Source: Amoebidium appalachense
Taxonomy: Eukaryota > Protista > Ichthyosporea
Assembly: GCA_963693365.1 (NCBI GenBank)
Contig: CAVNZM010000017.1
Span: forward strand, 5,136,708-5,200,707
DNA length: 64,000 nucleotides
Direction: 5' to 3'
The translations under genes and the position numbers were made by a program. Below, one piece after another: positions 12,401 through 29,031 of the stretch. The stretch's first letter is position 1. The number at the start of each line of letters is the position of its first letter. The notes beneath the pieces are model-generated. The model was given only the letters and a program-made list of their open reading frames with translations. It did no database searches and was not told the origin of the DNA.

Positions 12401-13855
12401 GAACTTGTTGACCCTCCCCCTGGTGCTAACATCGTCGGCTTCAAGTGGATTGTCTCCGAGAAAACTCTCAACTCGGCTGGTGACACCAAGATCAAGGCAC
12501 GTGGTGTTGCTCAAGGCTTCAGTCAGCAATACGGTGTTGACTATGAGTTGATTGAGAGCCCTGTCATCCGTCCGGCTGCTCTCCGTGCCATCCTAGCTCT
12601 GGCCGTTGTTGAAGGTCATGACATACATCAACTCGACGTGTCTACGGCCTTTCTCAACAGCCCACTCACCGAGACCATCTACATGAAACAACCCCCGGGA
12701 TTCATCACCATGGCCACACTTGGCAAGGTCTGGAGACTCAAGAAAGCCCTGTACGGCCTCAAGCAAGCCTCCAAGGCTTGGTACGACTTCCTCGACGGCA
12801 TTCTTCTTGCCCATGGCCTGACCCGTACTAAGACCGACCCGTGCATCTACCTCCGGTTCTTCCCCAACAACGATGTGGTACGGGCTGGTAACTACGTCGA
12901 TGACTCCACCATCACCAACACCCGGGGTTCTACTGCTGCCAGTGACCTGGCTGCCCACATCAGCAAGATGGCCAGCTGTCGTATGAGTCCATTTGACCGT
13001 ATGCTCGGTGTTGATTTTAATCACTCTGATCCCCATCACCTCCACATGCACCAGAGGTCTTACATCATGGATATCATCCACGACTTCAACCTCACCGATG
13101 CCAAGTCCAAGTCTACCCCCATCCCTGCAGGCACCACCGTCTCCCTGGCTGATTGCCCCCCCCAACCGTTCACCGTGCCCTACCGTGAGTTACTCGGCCG
13201 TCTCCTCTGGGTGGCACGGTGCACACGTCCCGACATTGCCTATGCCATCGGCTTCCTTGGTCGGTTCAGCACCAACCCCGGCAAGACTCACTGGGACCTT
13301 CTCCGTCGTGTGGCCCGGTACCTGCTCGGCACCATTGACCTTGGCATTGACTACAAGTACTCGGCCACCCAGTCCCCCATACTCGAATGCTACACGGATG
13401 CTGACTTTGCTGGTTGTGCCGACAGCAAGAAGTCTACCACCGGCTACATTATCGTGTTTGCTGGTATGCCCGTCATCTGGTACTCCAAGCTCCAGCCCAT
13501 CACGGCCACCAGCACCACTGAAGCTGAGCTGATTGCTCTCAATGCTGGCACCCAAGAAGTTGCTTGGGTCCGTGACCTCTTCAAGGAACTCGGCTGTCCC
13601 ATGCTTGCTCCGACTCCGGTGTACTGTGACAACCAGTCGACCATTGCCATCGTCAACTCCACCGGCATCAAACACCGTACCAAACACATTGCCGTCCGGT
13701 ATCACAACACCAAGGACTACATTGCCAGTGGGGACGTGGTTGTCCACTACGTTGAGTCAGCCCACAACTTAGCTGACATACTCACCAAACCCCTCCCCGG
13801 CCCGAGTCATGTCCACCATCGTGCTCGACTTTGTTTACCGGATATTGTGGATTGA
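9448..13855 (+). CDS. Copia gag-pol polyprotein with one frameshift at the C10 run 12007-12016
   Basis: ORF 9448..12342 (Gag, CCHC, PR, INT) and ORF 11939..13855 (RT YVDD, RNase H). Confidence 0.93.
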
Positions 13856-14127
13856 CCCGACCTACTTCAAGAGTGATTTTCTCATGTGTCCTACTTACTT
13901 TATCAACATCATTATATCATATGTATTGCCTTTGTGGGTATGCCCACTTAGGGTTTATATATAAGGTTTGACCCGTACCATCACTCTACTCTATCTTTCA
14001 CTGGTTTAAAACCCAGTTAATCAAACACCGCCTATACACGTTATATATATTCGTTGTTTTTGCCCCGGTTCCCTCCCCCCCTTCCCCCCCCCCCCCTTCT
14101 CCCCCCCCCCCCCCCCCCCCCCCCCCT

Positions 14128-14173
<46 letters not shown>

Positions 14174-14294
14174 AAAAGCACACACTTTAATTTTTTTTTT
14201 TTTTCTTTTTTTTTTCGTTTCTGTTCTCAAGTGGGGAGATTTCACTAGTTCAGTGGGGATATGATAACACAAACTTCAAAGTCTTAAGTGGGGA

Positions 14295-15219
14295 TGTTGT
14301 AATACGTAGTATTTACATATGGTAAGATCTTCTCAGTTTGTGTTATGTTTCAGTTCATATGCTTAATGTAAATGCCACACTCCTATTATGTAAAGTGTAG
14401 CATCGATCTCCGATATGCTTGTATACTTGTAATCGTGTTGTATCGGCTTTAATCGTGTATTGTAATATCGATTAGAATATTTATATGTGTGTACACGGAT
14501 CCACCCACTCAGGGAGAGACATGTACATGTTCGTGTGTACATAAATATCTCTGGTTATAGTTATGCTATTACTATCTTGTTTGTTGATCTGTGCTCTCTT
14601 TTCCTTCCTCTTTCTCCTTCCTTATTTTCTTTTCTTTCTCTCCTTGTCTTCATGTGTATAATCGTATTTCTTTTCTACTAATATATGTTAGGTAGATTTG
14701 TGTTACTTAATACGTGTTCATTGGACGGTAACACACTTAGGCTACACTTAGAATAGCATGTGTGTTTAGACTTCATTAATTCACTTTAGTTTTCATGTGT
14801 TGCCGGGCTTTAACCAATCATCAAGGTTAAGTGTGATATGTCTGAGTCTTTGCAGTATGTCATAGGTTAGAACTTCCTTGATGATGACACGAGTTGATCT
14901 TAACTAGTGTCTGTGTCCTATCGTGTACGCCTCCGCGTACCGGATCTCTCTGAAAGCAATTGGTTCTTAGTGATTGGTTTCTATTAGAGATGGATCTGAT
15001 TTCCGACTGGTCGGAAATCATGTATGGATTGGACTTAGAGGAATTTCAGGTATTTATTCGAAGATCAGAATAAATTCAGTTCAGTCGTGTCTAAACATTG
15101 ATGTCTGTTGTGTACACTGCTCCGATCGTTCCGTGTTTTGTTGTTGTGTGTGTCTGTGGTGTTTTCACACTGCACCACTGTGTCTCTGCTTACATCCTAA
15201 ATACTTATAGAATTTAAAA
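14295..15219 (+). repeat. 3' LTR of Copia A2
   Basis: Matches the 5' LTR except ACGTG to ACATG near 14521; followed by TSD GGGGG. Confidence 0.95.
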
Positions 15220-15713
15220 GGGGGAGGGGGGCGGGGGAGAAGGGGGGGGGGTGGGGGGGGGGGTTGATAATCCTGATATTTCGTCTATTGACTGTTTGCC
15301 AAATCATCGTATGTTTCAAGAGTTTCCTCGGGTTTATGATTATCTAGGTCGTTACTTATAACCGTGCTTTGATATCTCAATTGCTTCTATTGTGAAGAGA
15401 ACATCAATTAAGTCATTATAAATTAGAACCAACACGCTTGTGTCATGTGTGCTCAGTGAAGCCCTCCCCCCCCCCCCCCCCCCCCCCCCCGCGCGAGCCC
15501 CCCTCAAATCATTCCCCCCCCCCCCCCCCCCCCCCCACCTCCTTCGCCGTCGCCGCCACCATCCCCCAACACCCCCACCAAGCCCGACCACGTGTCACGT
15601 GCACTCATTCACAATCACCACCACAGGCTTACAGCGCTACCTTCTGAAATGTTGCCCGCCTCCTCACCATTCCTTGGACCTCTTCTGGATTCAGCCCCCC
15701 CCCCCTCCCCCCC

Positions 15714-15744
<31 letters not shown>

Positions 15745-15749
15745 ACTCA

Positions 15750-15845
<96 letters not shown>

Positions 15846-16066
15846 TGCATGCACGCACGCACAATTGCACGCACGCACGCACGCACGCACGCCCGCACGC
15901 CCGCAGGCACGCACGCACGCACGCACGCACGCACACACACACGCACGCACACACGCACGCACGCACGCACGCACGCGCGCACGCACGCACACACGCACGC
16001 ACGCACGCACGCGCGCACGCACGCACGCACGCACACACGCACACACACACGCACACACACACTCAG

Positions 16067-16134
<68 letters not shown>

Positions 16135-16173
16135 ACACACATACACACACACACACTCACACTCACACACACA

Positions 16174-16243
<70 letters not shown>

Positions 16244-16869
16244 GTGTGTACACACACACACACGGCTGGGATCCACTCCATGACCAGCCCCTCCCTCTTC
16301 CCTCCCGCCCCCCACCCTTCCCGTCCCCCCTCAAAAAAGGCCTGCCCGGGGCACAACGTAAGTACTAAGTCCTCCAAACCCATGGTGTCATTGGGAATAG
16401 AAGACACACGTGCGCGCACAAATGCACACACGCAGGCACACCCACACGTACACGCACACACACGCGCACATGCAAATGCACACACACAGCACACACACAC
16501 ACGCGCGCACCAGTGCACACCAACACACACACGCGCGCACACGCACACACACACGCACACACACATGCACACACACACGCACATGTACACGCGCACCCAC
16601 ACGCGCGCACGTGGCACACACACGCACACACAGAGGGAGGGAGATACACATTAGCCACAGCCGCGGCTCGCCGGGGGACACACACACACTTGCACAAACA
16701 GGCACGTGGTACACACACATACAAACTGATGCACATATATACCTTAATTGGTAGAATCTTTAGAATCAGCTAGACTCTTATTTCCAGACCCCCCTAGCCC
16801 CAACACAAGGACAAAAGACTCTAATGATCTTAATTTTTATGTATGTCACGTGGGGGTTAGTTAGCTAGA

Positions 16870-18400
<1,531 letters not shown>

Positions 18401-18450
18401 ATATCGGCTCAAAGCCGCCACAAGCAACAACATCCACTACCACCCAGTGC

Positions 18451-18890
18451 TCACTGGCACTTGCAGTACTGCATGCAATAAGACTGAGACCTGAGCATAT
18501 ACTCCGTGCAGCTGGTCATACACTGTGTGCACCAGGATGAGTCACCCACCGCCACCATTGCACCCAGTCGTGTGTGGTGGCCGCTTTGGGCTCGAGATGG
18601 GCAGGTGCAGGTGCAGGTGCAGGTGCAGGGGTGTTCACATCTCCCTCCATCGGTGTGGTGATGCTTGGAGGAACCTGCAGCTGGCGCGCAGATTTGTGCA
18701 AGGAGGAGGAGGAGGAGGAGGAGGATGCAGGGTCTGCGTGGGCAGCGGCAGGCTTTGCAGGTGCAGTGGCGGGCTCTGCATGGGCGCCAGCGGGCGGGGC
18801 AACTGCGTGCACAGCCCGTGTGATATCGATGTTGTGTCCGACAGGTACGTCTGCGGGTTCAGCGGGTGCACGTGCAAATGCTTGGAATGA
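18451..18890 (-). pseudogene. Diverged 5'-deleted paralog of the secreted hairpin-peptide precursor
   Basis: Encodes VGHNIDITRAVH...ADPASSSSSSSS...PMEGDVNT...TTHD, then after a 1-nt frameshift ...DSSWCTQCMTSCTEYMLRSQSYCMQYCKCQ*; signal-peptide region absent. Confidence 0.85.
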
Positions 18891-19024
18891 TAGTGGAATC
18901 CGCGGGGTCGGCCGAATGTTCTGTCAGTGGTGATGCCGTGAGTGCAGAAGAATATCCTCTCTCTCTCTCTCCCCCTCCCTTCCTCCCCCCCTCCCCCCCT
19001 CCCCCCTCCCCCCCCCCCCCCCCC

Positions 19025-19330
19025 TGTAACTTAGAGGTCTCTCTGTGAGACTTTATTATTTGCTGACTTGCATTGACTGGCCCGCCGGGACCTTTATATA
19101 CTTGTGGTCTGGCTCACTGGAATGTTACATACTATTCCCGATTGGTCTACCCGCCGCTATGGATCTAGTCGCTACCAATCAAAGCACTCCAATAGAATTT
19201 TCTAGACTCTTCTAGATCTATCCTGATCTATCGTGAACCTATCCACCAGTTTATCCCGAATATCTCGAATATTCCCGATCACTAGTGCTACGCTAACGCA
19301 GGGCATACCGGATGGCTATCCTGTTCGACA
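19025..19330 (-). repeat. 3' LTR of Copia B
   Basis: TGTAAC...CGACA on +, direct repeat of 23657-23961. Confidence 0.95.
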
Positions 19331-19463
19331 CCCCCACTTGCACTGTGTTCTATCTATGTACCGCATGCAACCTAAGCCTAAGATGCAACTCTAAAACTAT
19401 GCTACTATACTAACACATATAACACCTACTACACGAACATTAACACTACACTATTTGTAGTTC

Positions 19464-22400
19464 TTACTCAGCCATGCCGATGGCCTGCCGATGCTGCACC
19501 AACTCAAGTCTCCCTAAAGCTTTGGTGCACATGTCGGCCACGTTACTGTTCGTGCTGCAATACACAAGTTCTACATCCCCATTCTCCACACACTCACGGG
19601 TGTAGTGGTACTGAACGTCGATGTGTTTGCTCCTGTTATGGAGCATCGGGTTCCTTGCAAGCTTGATGCTGGCCTGGTTGTCGGCGTAGATGATGGTCGC
19701 CTCACTCATATCGTAGCCCAGCTGCCCCAGCAGCTGTCGTAGCCACTTAGCCTCTTTGACTGCCAGGCACGTAGCCATATACTCCGCCTCTGTAGATGAA
19801 GTAGCCACAGTCTTCTGTTGCTTGCTGCCCCAGCTGATGGCAGATCCATTGGCAGTGAAGATGTATCCGCTCGTCGACTTACGGTCGTCGGAGTTGCCAG
19901 CGTAATCGGAGTCAGTGAATCCCTCCACTGTTGTACTCCCTCCTCGTCCTCCGCGGTAGACAATCCCGTAGTTGGTTGTCCCCTTGAGGTACCGGAGAAG
20001 ATGTTTGGCTGCGTCCCAGTGTTGAAGTCCCGGGTTGCTCACGAACTTACTAAGTTCCCCCACTGCTTGTGCAATGTCTGGCCGGGTGGCCACCATTGCG
20101 TACATTAAGGAGCCCACAGCTCTGGCATAAGGAACTTGCCGCATCGCCACTCTCTCCTCCTCGCTTGCCGGACTCATGGCCTTGCTCAACACACATCGCT
20201 CTGGTAGCGGTGTTGACTTAGCCTTGCAGTCGACCATGTTGAAGCGCCGCATCAATGACTTGATGTACGTTTCCTGTGACAACTTTATATCGCCTGTTGC
20301 AGCGTCGCGACTGACCTGCACACCGAGTAGCAGCTTTGGCTCGCCGATCACCTTGACGGAGAACTTCGTCCCAACCTGCCTGACGAATTCTTGAATAAGA
20401 TCATCTGTCCACGCCGCCACTAGCATGTCGTCCACATGCACAGCCACCACCGTCTTTCCACTTCCGTTGACCTTGAAGTAGACACATCGATCAGCTTCCA
20501 CACGTGTGAAGCCAAGATCGACCATAGCCTCATGCATCTTCTCATTCCAGCACCTTGCTGCTTGCTTGAGGCCATACAGACTTTTGTGCAAACGACACAC
20601 ATAGTCTTCCTTTCCGGGTACCTCGTACCCACGCGGTTGCTGCATGTACAGCTCTTCCTTGATGTCGCCGTTCAGGAACGCCGTGACGATATCTATTTGT
20701 GTGAGGTGCATGTTCTCTGCCGCTGCCATAGCGAAGAGAAGTCTGAAGCTGGTGAACTTGGCTACCGGGGCAAAGGTCTCTTCGTAGTCTATCCCCTCTT
20801 GCTGAGAGAAGCCCCTGGCCACACCACGGGCCTTGTAGCGCTCGACACTGCCGTCGGCGTTGCGTTTCATCTTGAAGACCCACTTGAAGGAAACTGCCCG
20901 ACGACCTGGTGGGAGTGGCACCAGTGACCATGTCCCATTCTTGACTAGAGATTCGTACTCCTCGTCCAGCGCAGCCTTCCACTTTGCACCATCTGGCCTG
21001 GAGATTGCTTCTTCCAGTGTCACAGGGTCATCCTCATTGCTATCAGCACTCTCAATTGCCATGCTGATACTGTCGCGGTACTCTACTACACCTGCGTTGA
21101 TGCCGTAGGTCCCACCGCGCCTTGTAGTCATGGACGGATAGGCACTTCTGGTTGCAAACACCTGCAACTCTGCACTATCTTCCTCGTCTCCTGACCCTGC
21201 CGCGTCCGAATCGCCGCTGTCCTCGCCCGCGCCGTCGCCGATAGCATCTGAATCATATCCACTGTCAGTGCCGATTGTAGGCTTCCGAAAGGAATGTTGC
21301 TTCTTGGCGCTGATTGGATCCCTCGATTCCAAGCTCTGCTGATTTCCGATTGGCTTATGCATCAGCAATTCCATTGGCTCATCTTGCATCACCGGAATAC
21401 CGGCCTTTGGGGTGCATGATTCATCGATCACCACATCTCGCCCGACGATAGTCTTGCGCGCCTCGGTGTCCCACAACAAGTACGTCTTGCTGTCACCTGT
21501 GTAGCCGACGAATTTACACTCCCGACTCTTGGCGTCTAGCTTCCTGCGCTCGTCCTTCGGCACATGGACAAATGCCTTGCTACCAAATACACGTAGATGG
21601 CTAACATCGGGCTTCTCTCCATACCATGCCTCCCAAGGTGTCATGCCACCCAGTACTGTGGTTGGCGTCAGGTTCTTGATGTACACAGCTGCCTGTACTG
21701 CCAGCTGCCAGAACCCCATACTCATGCCTGCTGACTGCAGCATGCAGCGCGCCGTCTCGACAATGGTCCTGTTAGCCCTCTCTGCTACACCATTCTGCTC
21801 TGGTGTGTAAGGGACTGTCGCCTCATGTTCAATGCCGCACGCTTCCAGGAACGACTTGAACTCAGTGGAGGTGTACTCACCCCCGTTGTCGGAACGCAGA
21901 ATCTTGATGCTGGCACCGTGTTGCTTCTCTACGTGTGCCTTGTACTTCTTGAAGTAAGTATGCACTTGGGATTTATGTTTCATGAAGTACACCGTAGTGA
22001 ACCTTGTCTTGTCGTCGATGAAGGTGACTGTGACATAATATTTGGAACCTTGCAGCGACTCCTTGTTGAACGGTCCTGCCACATCAGAATGAACTCTGTC
22101 GAGCTTCGCTGGCGCTGTCTTGCGGGGTAGCTTACTGAAAGAGAGCCGGGCTTGCTTCCCTCTCGCGCATCCCTCGCACACACCGTCATCCTGGGGTTTG
22201 CAGTCGATGCACAGACCCTCGACGATGTTTTCTTTAGCCATTTTCTGTAGCGTGTTTGTTGCCACATGACCAAACCGCCGGTGCCATAAACTGGCGCTGC
22301 CCTTTACCGGCTCACACACGGTGTTACCCCCACTGCTGCCGACTGCAGTGGTCACCATGTTCACGCTCTCACATACGGGTTTCACTAGGAGACGATACAG

Positions 22401-23608
22401 GCCTCCCTCCACTACCCCACGGGCCACAACTTGGCCATCTGTGGCACTCTCAATCGTACACTGTCGACCGTCGGTGATGCCTCTTAACCCGTGCTTGCCG
22501 GCGCTTGAAGCCGACATCACGTTAGTTCCAAATGCTGGCACGTACAGCACATTCTGCAGTCTAAATGTCATGCTGTTGCCCTGGAACTCACTTGTTAATC
22601 TTACGACGCCTATTCCTAGCGCCATCACACCCGGGGTGTTACCCAGAGCGACGGGTTTGGGTGTGATCGACCGGAAGTCTTCCATCCAGTCCTTTCGGCA
22701 TGTGACATGGGAGGTTGCGCCGCAGTCCCAATACCACTCAGTTGAAGAAGGGAGTCCGCTGTTTACCGCCATGGCGAGTATCTCCTTGGAAGCTCCGTTC
22801 TGCTTCGCCTTGTCGCCGCGATTGCCGCCCTTCTTCTTCTTTGGACACTGTGACTTGTAGTGCCCAAACTTGTGACATTTGTAACACTCCACCTTGGATA
22901 TGTCAGTCACGCGCGGCTTGCCGGTGTCCTGTCGTGGCGTACCGCCGCGCCCTTGGGTGCTGGTCATCATCACCCGCTGCTGTTCCCTTGCAGCCTCGTT
23001 CTCCTCAAAACCACGCAGCTTGGCGATTATCTTTTCCATTGTCTTCTCAGCTGCTGGTAAAGCTTGAATGGTCCTAACGTCGGTGCGGAATCGGTCGTCA
23101 GCGCCTACACCGTCCAGGAATTTCTCGGCAACCATGTCCTCACTAACTCCATTGGGATCGATATGAAGAAGATCCTGCACAATGCACTCCAGGCGGGCCG
23201 CATACTCCAGCACGCTTTCCGTCGGCATCATATCAGCACGCCAGAACTGTTGAATCAACATTCTCTTGTGCTCATCTGTGTTGCGCGCAGCGTATGATGC
23301 TACCGTATCCCATATGTCCTTGGGATTTCCTACGGCAATAGCTCGCCGACACAGGCTTGCAGGTACATCACCTAGTGTCTCCACCAGGTAGGAAGTCGCC
23401 TTCTTCTGATCCAAGGGTCGATCTCCACCGGAGGTTGCTCCACCGGTTCGCCGTCCTCTCCTATCACTTCAGGAGCCACGTCTTCAATCGTGTACCATAA
23501 TTCCTCGCCCTCGAGGAAGCACTTCATGCGCATGGCCCACATTGAGTAGGAGATTTTGCCCTTGCCTTCTCCTTCATACATGGGAACTGGACATTTTGCT
23601 CTTCCCAT
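19464..23608 (-). CDS. Copia gag-pol polyprotein with one frameshift near 23415
   Basis: N-terminal ORF 23608..23372 (YSMWAMRMKCFLEGEELW) joins the 1316-aa ORF with CCHC (CYKCHKFGHYKSQC), PR (WDCGAT), INT (WHRRFGH, RSDNGGEY), RT (HVDD) and RH (DSDYAG). Confidence 0.93.
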
Positions 23609-23656
23609 CTTGTCTCAACAGTCGCTTGATCGTAGCGTTGTACTGGGTCCGTAACC

Positions 23657-23957
23657 GTAACTTAGAGGTTTCTCTGTGAGACTTTATTATTTGCTGACTT
23701 GCATTGACTGGCCCGCCGGGACCTTTATATACTTGTGGTCTGGCTCACTGGAATGTTACATACTATTCCCGATTGGTCTACCCGCCGCTATGGATCTAGT
23801 CGCTACCAATCAAAGCACTCCAATAGAATTTTCTAGACTCTTCTAGATCTATCCTGATCTATCGTGAACCTATCCACCAGTTTATCCCGAATATCTCGAA
23901 TATTCCCGATCACTAGTGCTACGCTAACGCAGGGCATACCGGATGGCTATCCTGTTC

Positions 23958-23961
<4 letters not shown>
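23657..23961 (-). repeat. 5' LTR of Copia B
   Basis: Direct repeat of 19026-19330; the terminal A is missing at the PBS junction. Confidence 0.93.
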
Positions 23962-24002
<41 letters not shown>

Positions 24003-24119
24003 CACACACATCCATCCCCGTCTCCCCGTTCACCGTCAGACCACACATGCGCATACATCCACTTTAGACTCCTTTGAGATCCGGTTGCATGTCCGTACAT
24101 GTCCCGTGATTTCTTGCTG

Positions 24120-26520
<2,401 letters not shown>

Positions 26521-26998
26521 ACGATGTAATTACGAGTGGCTCACATGTGTTGCAAGAAACAACATGCAGCAGCCTAATGCATCATACATGCACAATGCTA
26601 CAAGTACAACACACAAAACGCTGTTGTTTGGCTTTCACATATACAAGTACCGTGGGCCAAGATATAACTACAATGCCGTATGCTATAAAGACTCGTGGCG
26701 GTGTGGCAACCAACAGACAAGGTCCGGCACAAGAGAAGTCTTGAAATGGGATCATCCGCATGCCGGGTTTCGTGTGAGTAAGTGTGAGAAAGGAGTGAGT
26801 GAGTGAGTGAGTGAGTGAGTGAGTTGTGTGTGTGTGTGTGTGTGTGTTGTGTGTGACTGTGTGTGTGTGTGTGTGACACTGTGTGTGTGTTTGTGTGTGT
26901 GTGTGTGCGTGTGTGTGCGTGTGTGTGTGTGTGTGCGTGCGCGCGCGCTCACTTGTATATTTGTGTGTGTGCGTGTGTGCGCGTGTGTGTGCACGTGA

Positions 26999-27483
26999 GG
27001 GCCCAACCACATCGGCTGAGACAACTTGCTCCGAGCAGAATTATTCTGAAAAAAGCAGAATTATTCTGCTTAAAGCAGGATTGTTCAGCAAAAGCATAAT
27101 TATTCTACAAAAACAGAATTATTCTGCAAAAGCAGAATTATCCTGCTGAAAGCAGAATTTTTCTGCTGAAAACAAAATTTTTCTGCTAACAGCAGAATCA
27201 ATCTGCTAATGCGGTCGAAAGCAGAATAATTCTGTTTTTTTTTTGCGGAATAATTCTGCTTGAAGCCGAATTATTCTGCCAGAGGCAGAGGCAGGGTAAT
27301 TCTGCTTTTGCGGACTAACTCTGCTAAAAGCAGAATATTTCTGTTAAAAGCAGAGAGATTATGCTTTTGCAGAGCAATTCTGCTATTTGCAGAATAGCTA
27401 CGCTTTTTGCAGAGCAATTCCGTTTTTTCAGAATAATTCTGCTTTTTTGCTATGTAGTTGACTCTGCCGATGTGGCTGGGCGC
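26999..27483. mobile_element. MITE family 1 copy
   Basis: GGGCCCAACCACATCGGC...GCCGATGTGGCTGGGCGC with the same palindromic internal arrays. Confidence 0.82.
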
Positions 27484-28576
27484 TTGTGTGTGTGTGCGTG
27501 CTGTTATCCATGCGAGAGCAACAGAGAGAGAGCTGGGGCTTGCCCTCGAGTTGTGGGGAGACAATGTGCTCATTCGAGAGCTCGCTCTTGAGCTCAAATC
27601 TTTCCCCACGTGTACACCAGGCTTAACTCATTTTTTTATTTTATCCCGTTTTGTTCCCGGAGGTGGACCCCTTGGGGCCCTCATGGGGAGCTACCGTCTT
27701 CCACCCAGCACCGACAGTACTCTAGCTAGGGTGCTACGGTATTATTAGCTGAGCTTACACACCCTTAACAATCCGAACTATTTGCACACACTTAGCCCAA
27801 GGTATTCACCCCAGCCACGCCGGTGGGTATTAACTCTTAACTCAGGTTGCAGGCTAGTGAGGGCCTGGGACAGCTGTTTTGAGAAACGACGTTTGGTCAC
27901 ATCCCTTGCTCCTTCTGTGCCACCAAAGCACTTGTGGGCGCGTGATGCCAAGCGACTCGTCAACCTCATGCTGTGACCTCGAGCTAGCATCCTGTGATTA
28001 TGGCACCCATCCCAATATATAGTAGGCTATGGGTCACCCTAATTAAAACGCAGTGCAACGCGTTCTCCTTACCAAAAACACATACTGTCGAGCGCTGCGC
28101 CAACAAAACCTTCGAACTGGGGAGCGAAAAAAAGAGAAAGGTGACAAAAAACGACGCCCAGATTCTGAAGGGGCCAGCCGCAAGTTGCATATATTTGCAT
28201 ACTTGAAAGTTTAATAAGGTGCCGGGGCTCCCTCCAGACTGATATCGATGATCGAACAGTCAAAAACGGAGTCAAAAAATGATCCAAAAACACGTCACCA
28301 CCCTGTTTGTACGCCCAACACAGTCGGACTGCAGCTTGGCCAGGTCGGCCAAAAAAGAGAAAAATAACTGTTGACATACTTCTCTAACGGGGGGCACCAC
28401 GAAACCCTGGGTGGCGGCGGCTCTATAAGACCACAGCAGGGGTCTCAGCTAACTGACATGTCAATTTTAGTCGATTTTTTGGCCGAAATGTCGACTAAAG
28501 TTGACGATTCGCGGTCTTAGATCAAGAGATTCTTTTTTCTTCACCAACTTACCCACATGCCTTCCCCTGAAACCTC

Positions 28577-28611
<35 letters not shown>

Positions 28612-28649
28612 CTCTCTCTCCCTCTCACCCCGCCTAATCCCATCCCCCC

Positions 28650-28686
<37 letters not shown>

Positions 28687-28793
28687 ACACCCCACCCCAC
28701 CCCCCTGGCGGCAGCAAAAGGAACTTGGAAATGAAGAAAAATACATGGCAGGCCAACCATCCACACACACCCCGTGACAGATCGTCACACATA

Positions 28794-28929
<136 letters not shown>

Positions 28930-28979
28930 CACATACACACACAAACACACACAAACACACACACACGCAGGCACACGCG

Positions 28980-29031
<52 letters not shown>

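Larger units (their letters stand above)
8461..15219 (+). mobile_element. Full-length Ty1/Copia LTR retrotransposon, family A copy 2
   Basis: 925-bp LTRs at 8461-9385 and 14295-15219 (one difference seen), 5-bp TSD GGGGG, PBS GGTTATGCAGCCC at 9386, PPT AAGTGGGGA, complete gag-pol. Confidence 0.98.
19025..23961 (-). mobile_element. Full-length Ty1/Copia LTR retrotransposon, family B
   Basis: About 306-bp LTRs at 19025-19330 and 23657-23961, nearly identical; TSD CCCCC on + (GGGGG on element strand); PBS GGTTACGGACCCAG; PPT AAGTGGGGG; gag-pol ORF. Confidence 0.97.

Noticed and set aside
23400-23425. Programmed frameshift in Copia B gag
   Set aside because: Lies early in Gag, is repaired by one extra C and is seen in a single copy; mutation or sequencing error is more likely
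27778-27990. RGHSMR as a tyrosine-recombinase HxxR motif
   Set aside because: No correctly spaced downstream catalytic residues and no other DIRS or Crypton features
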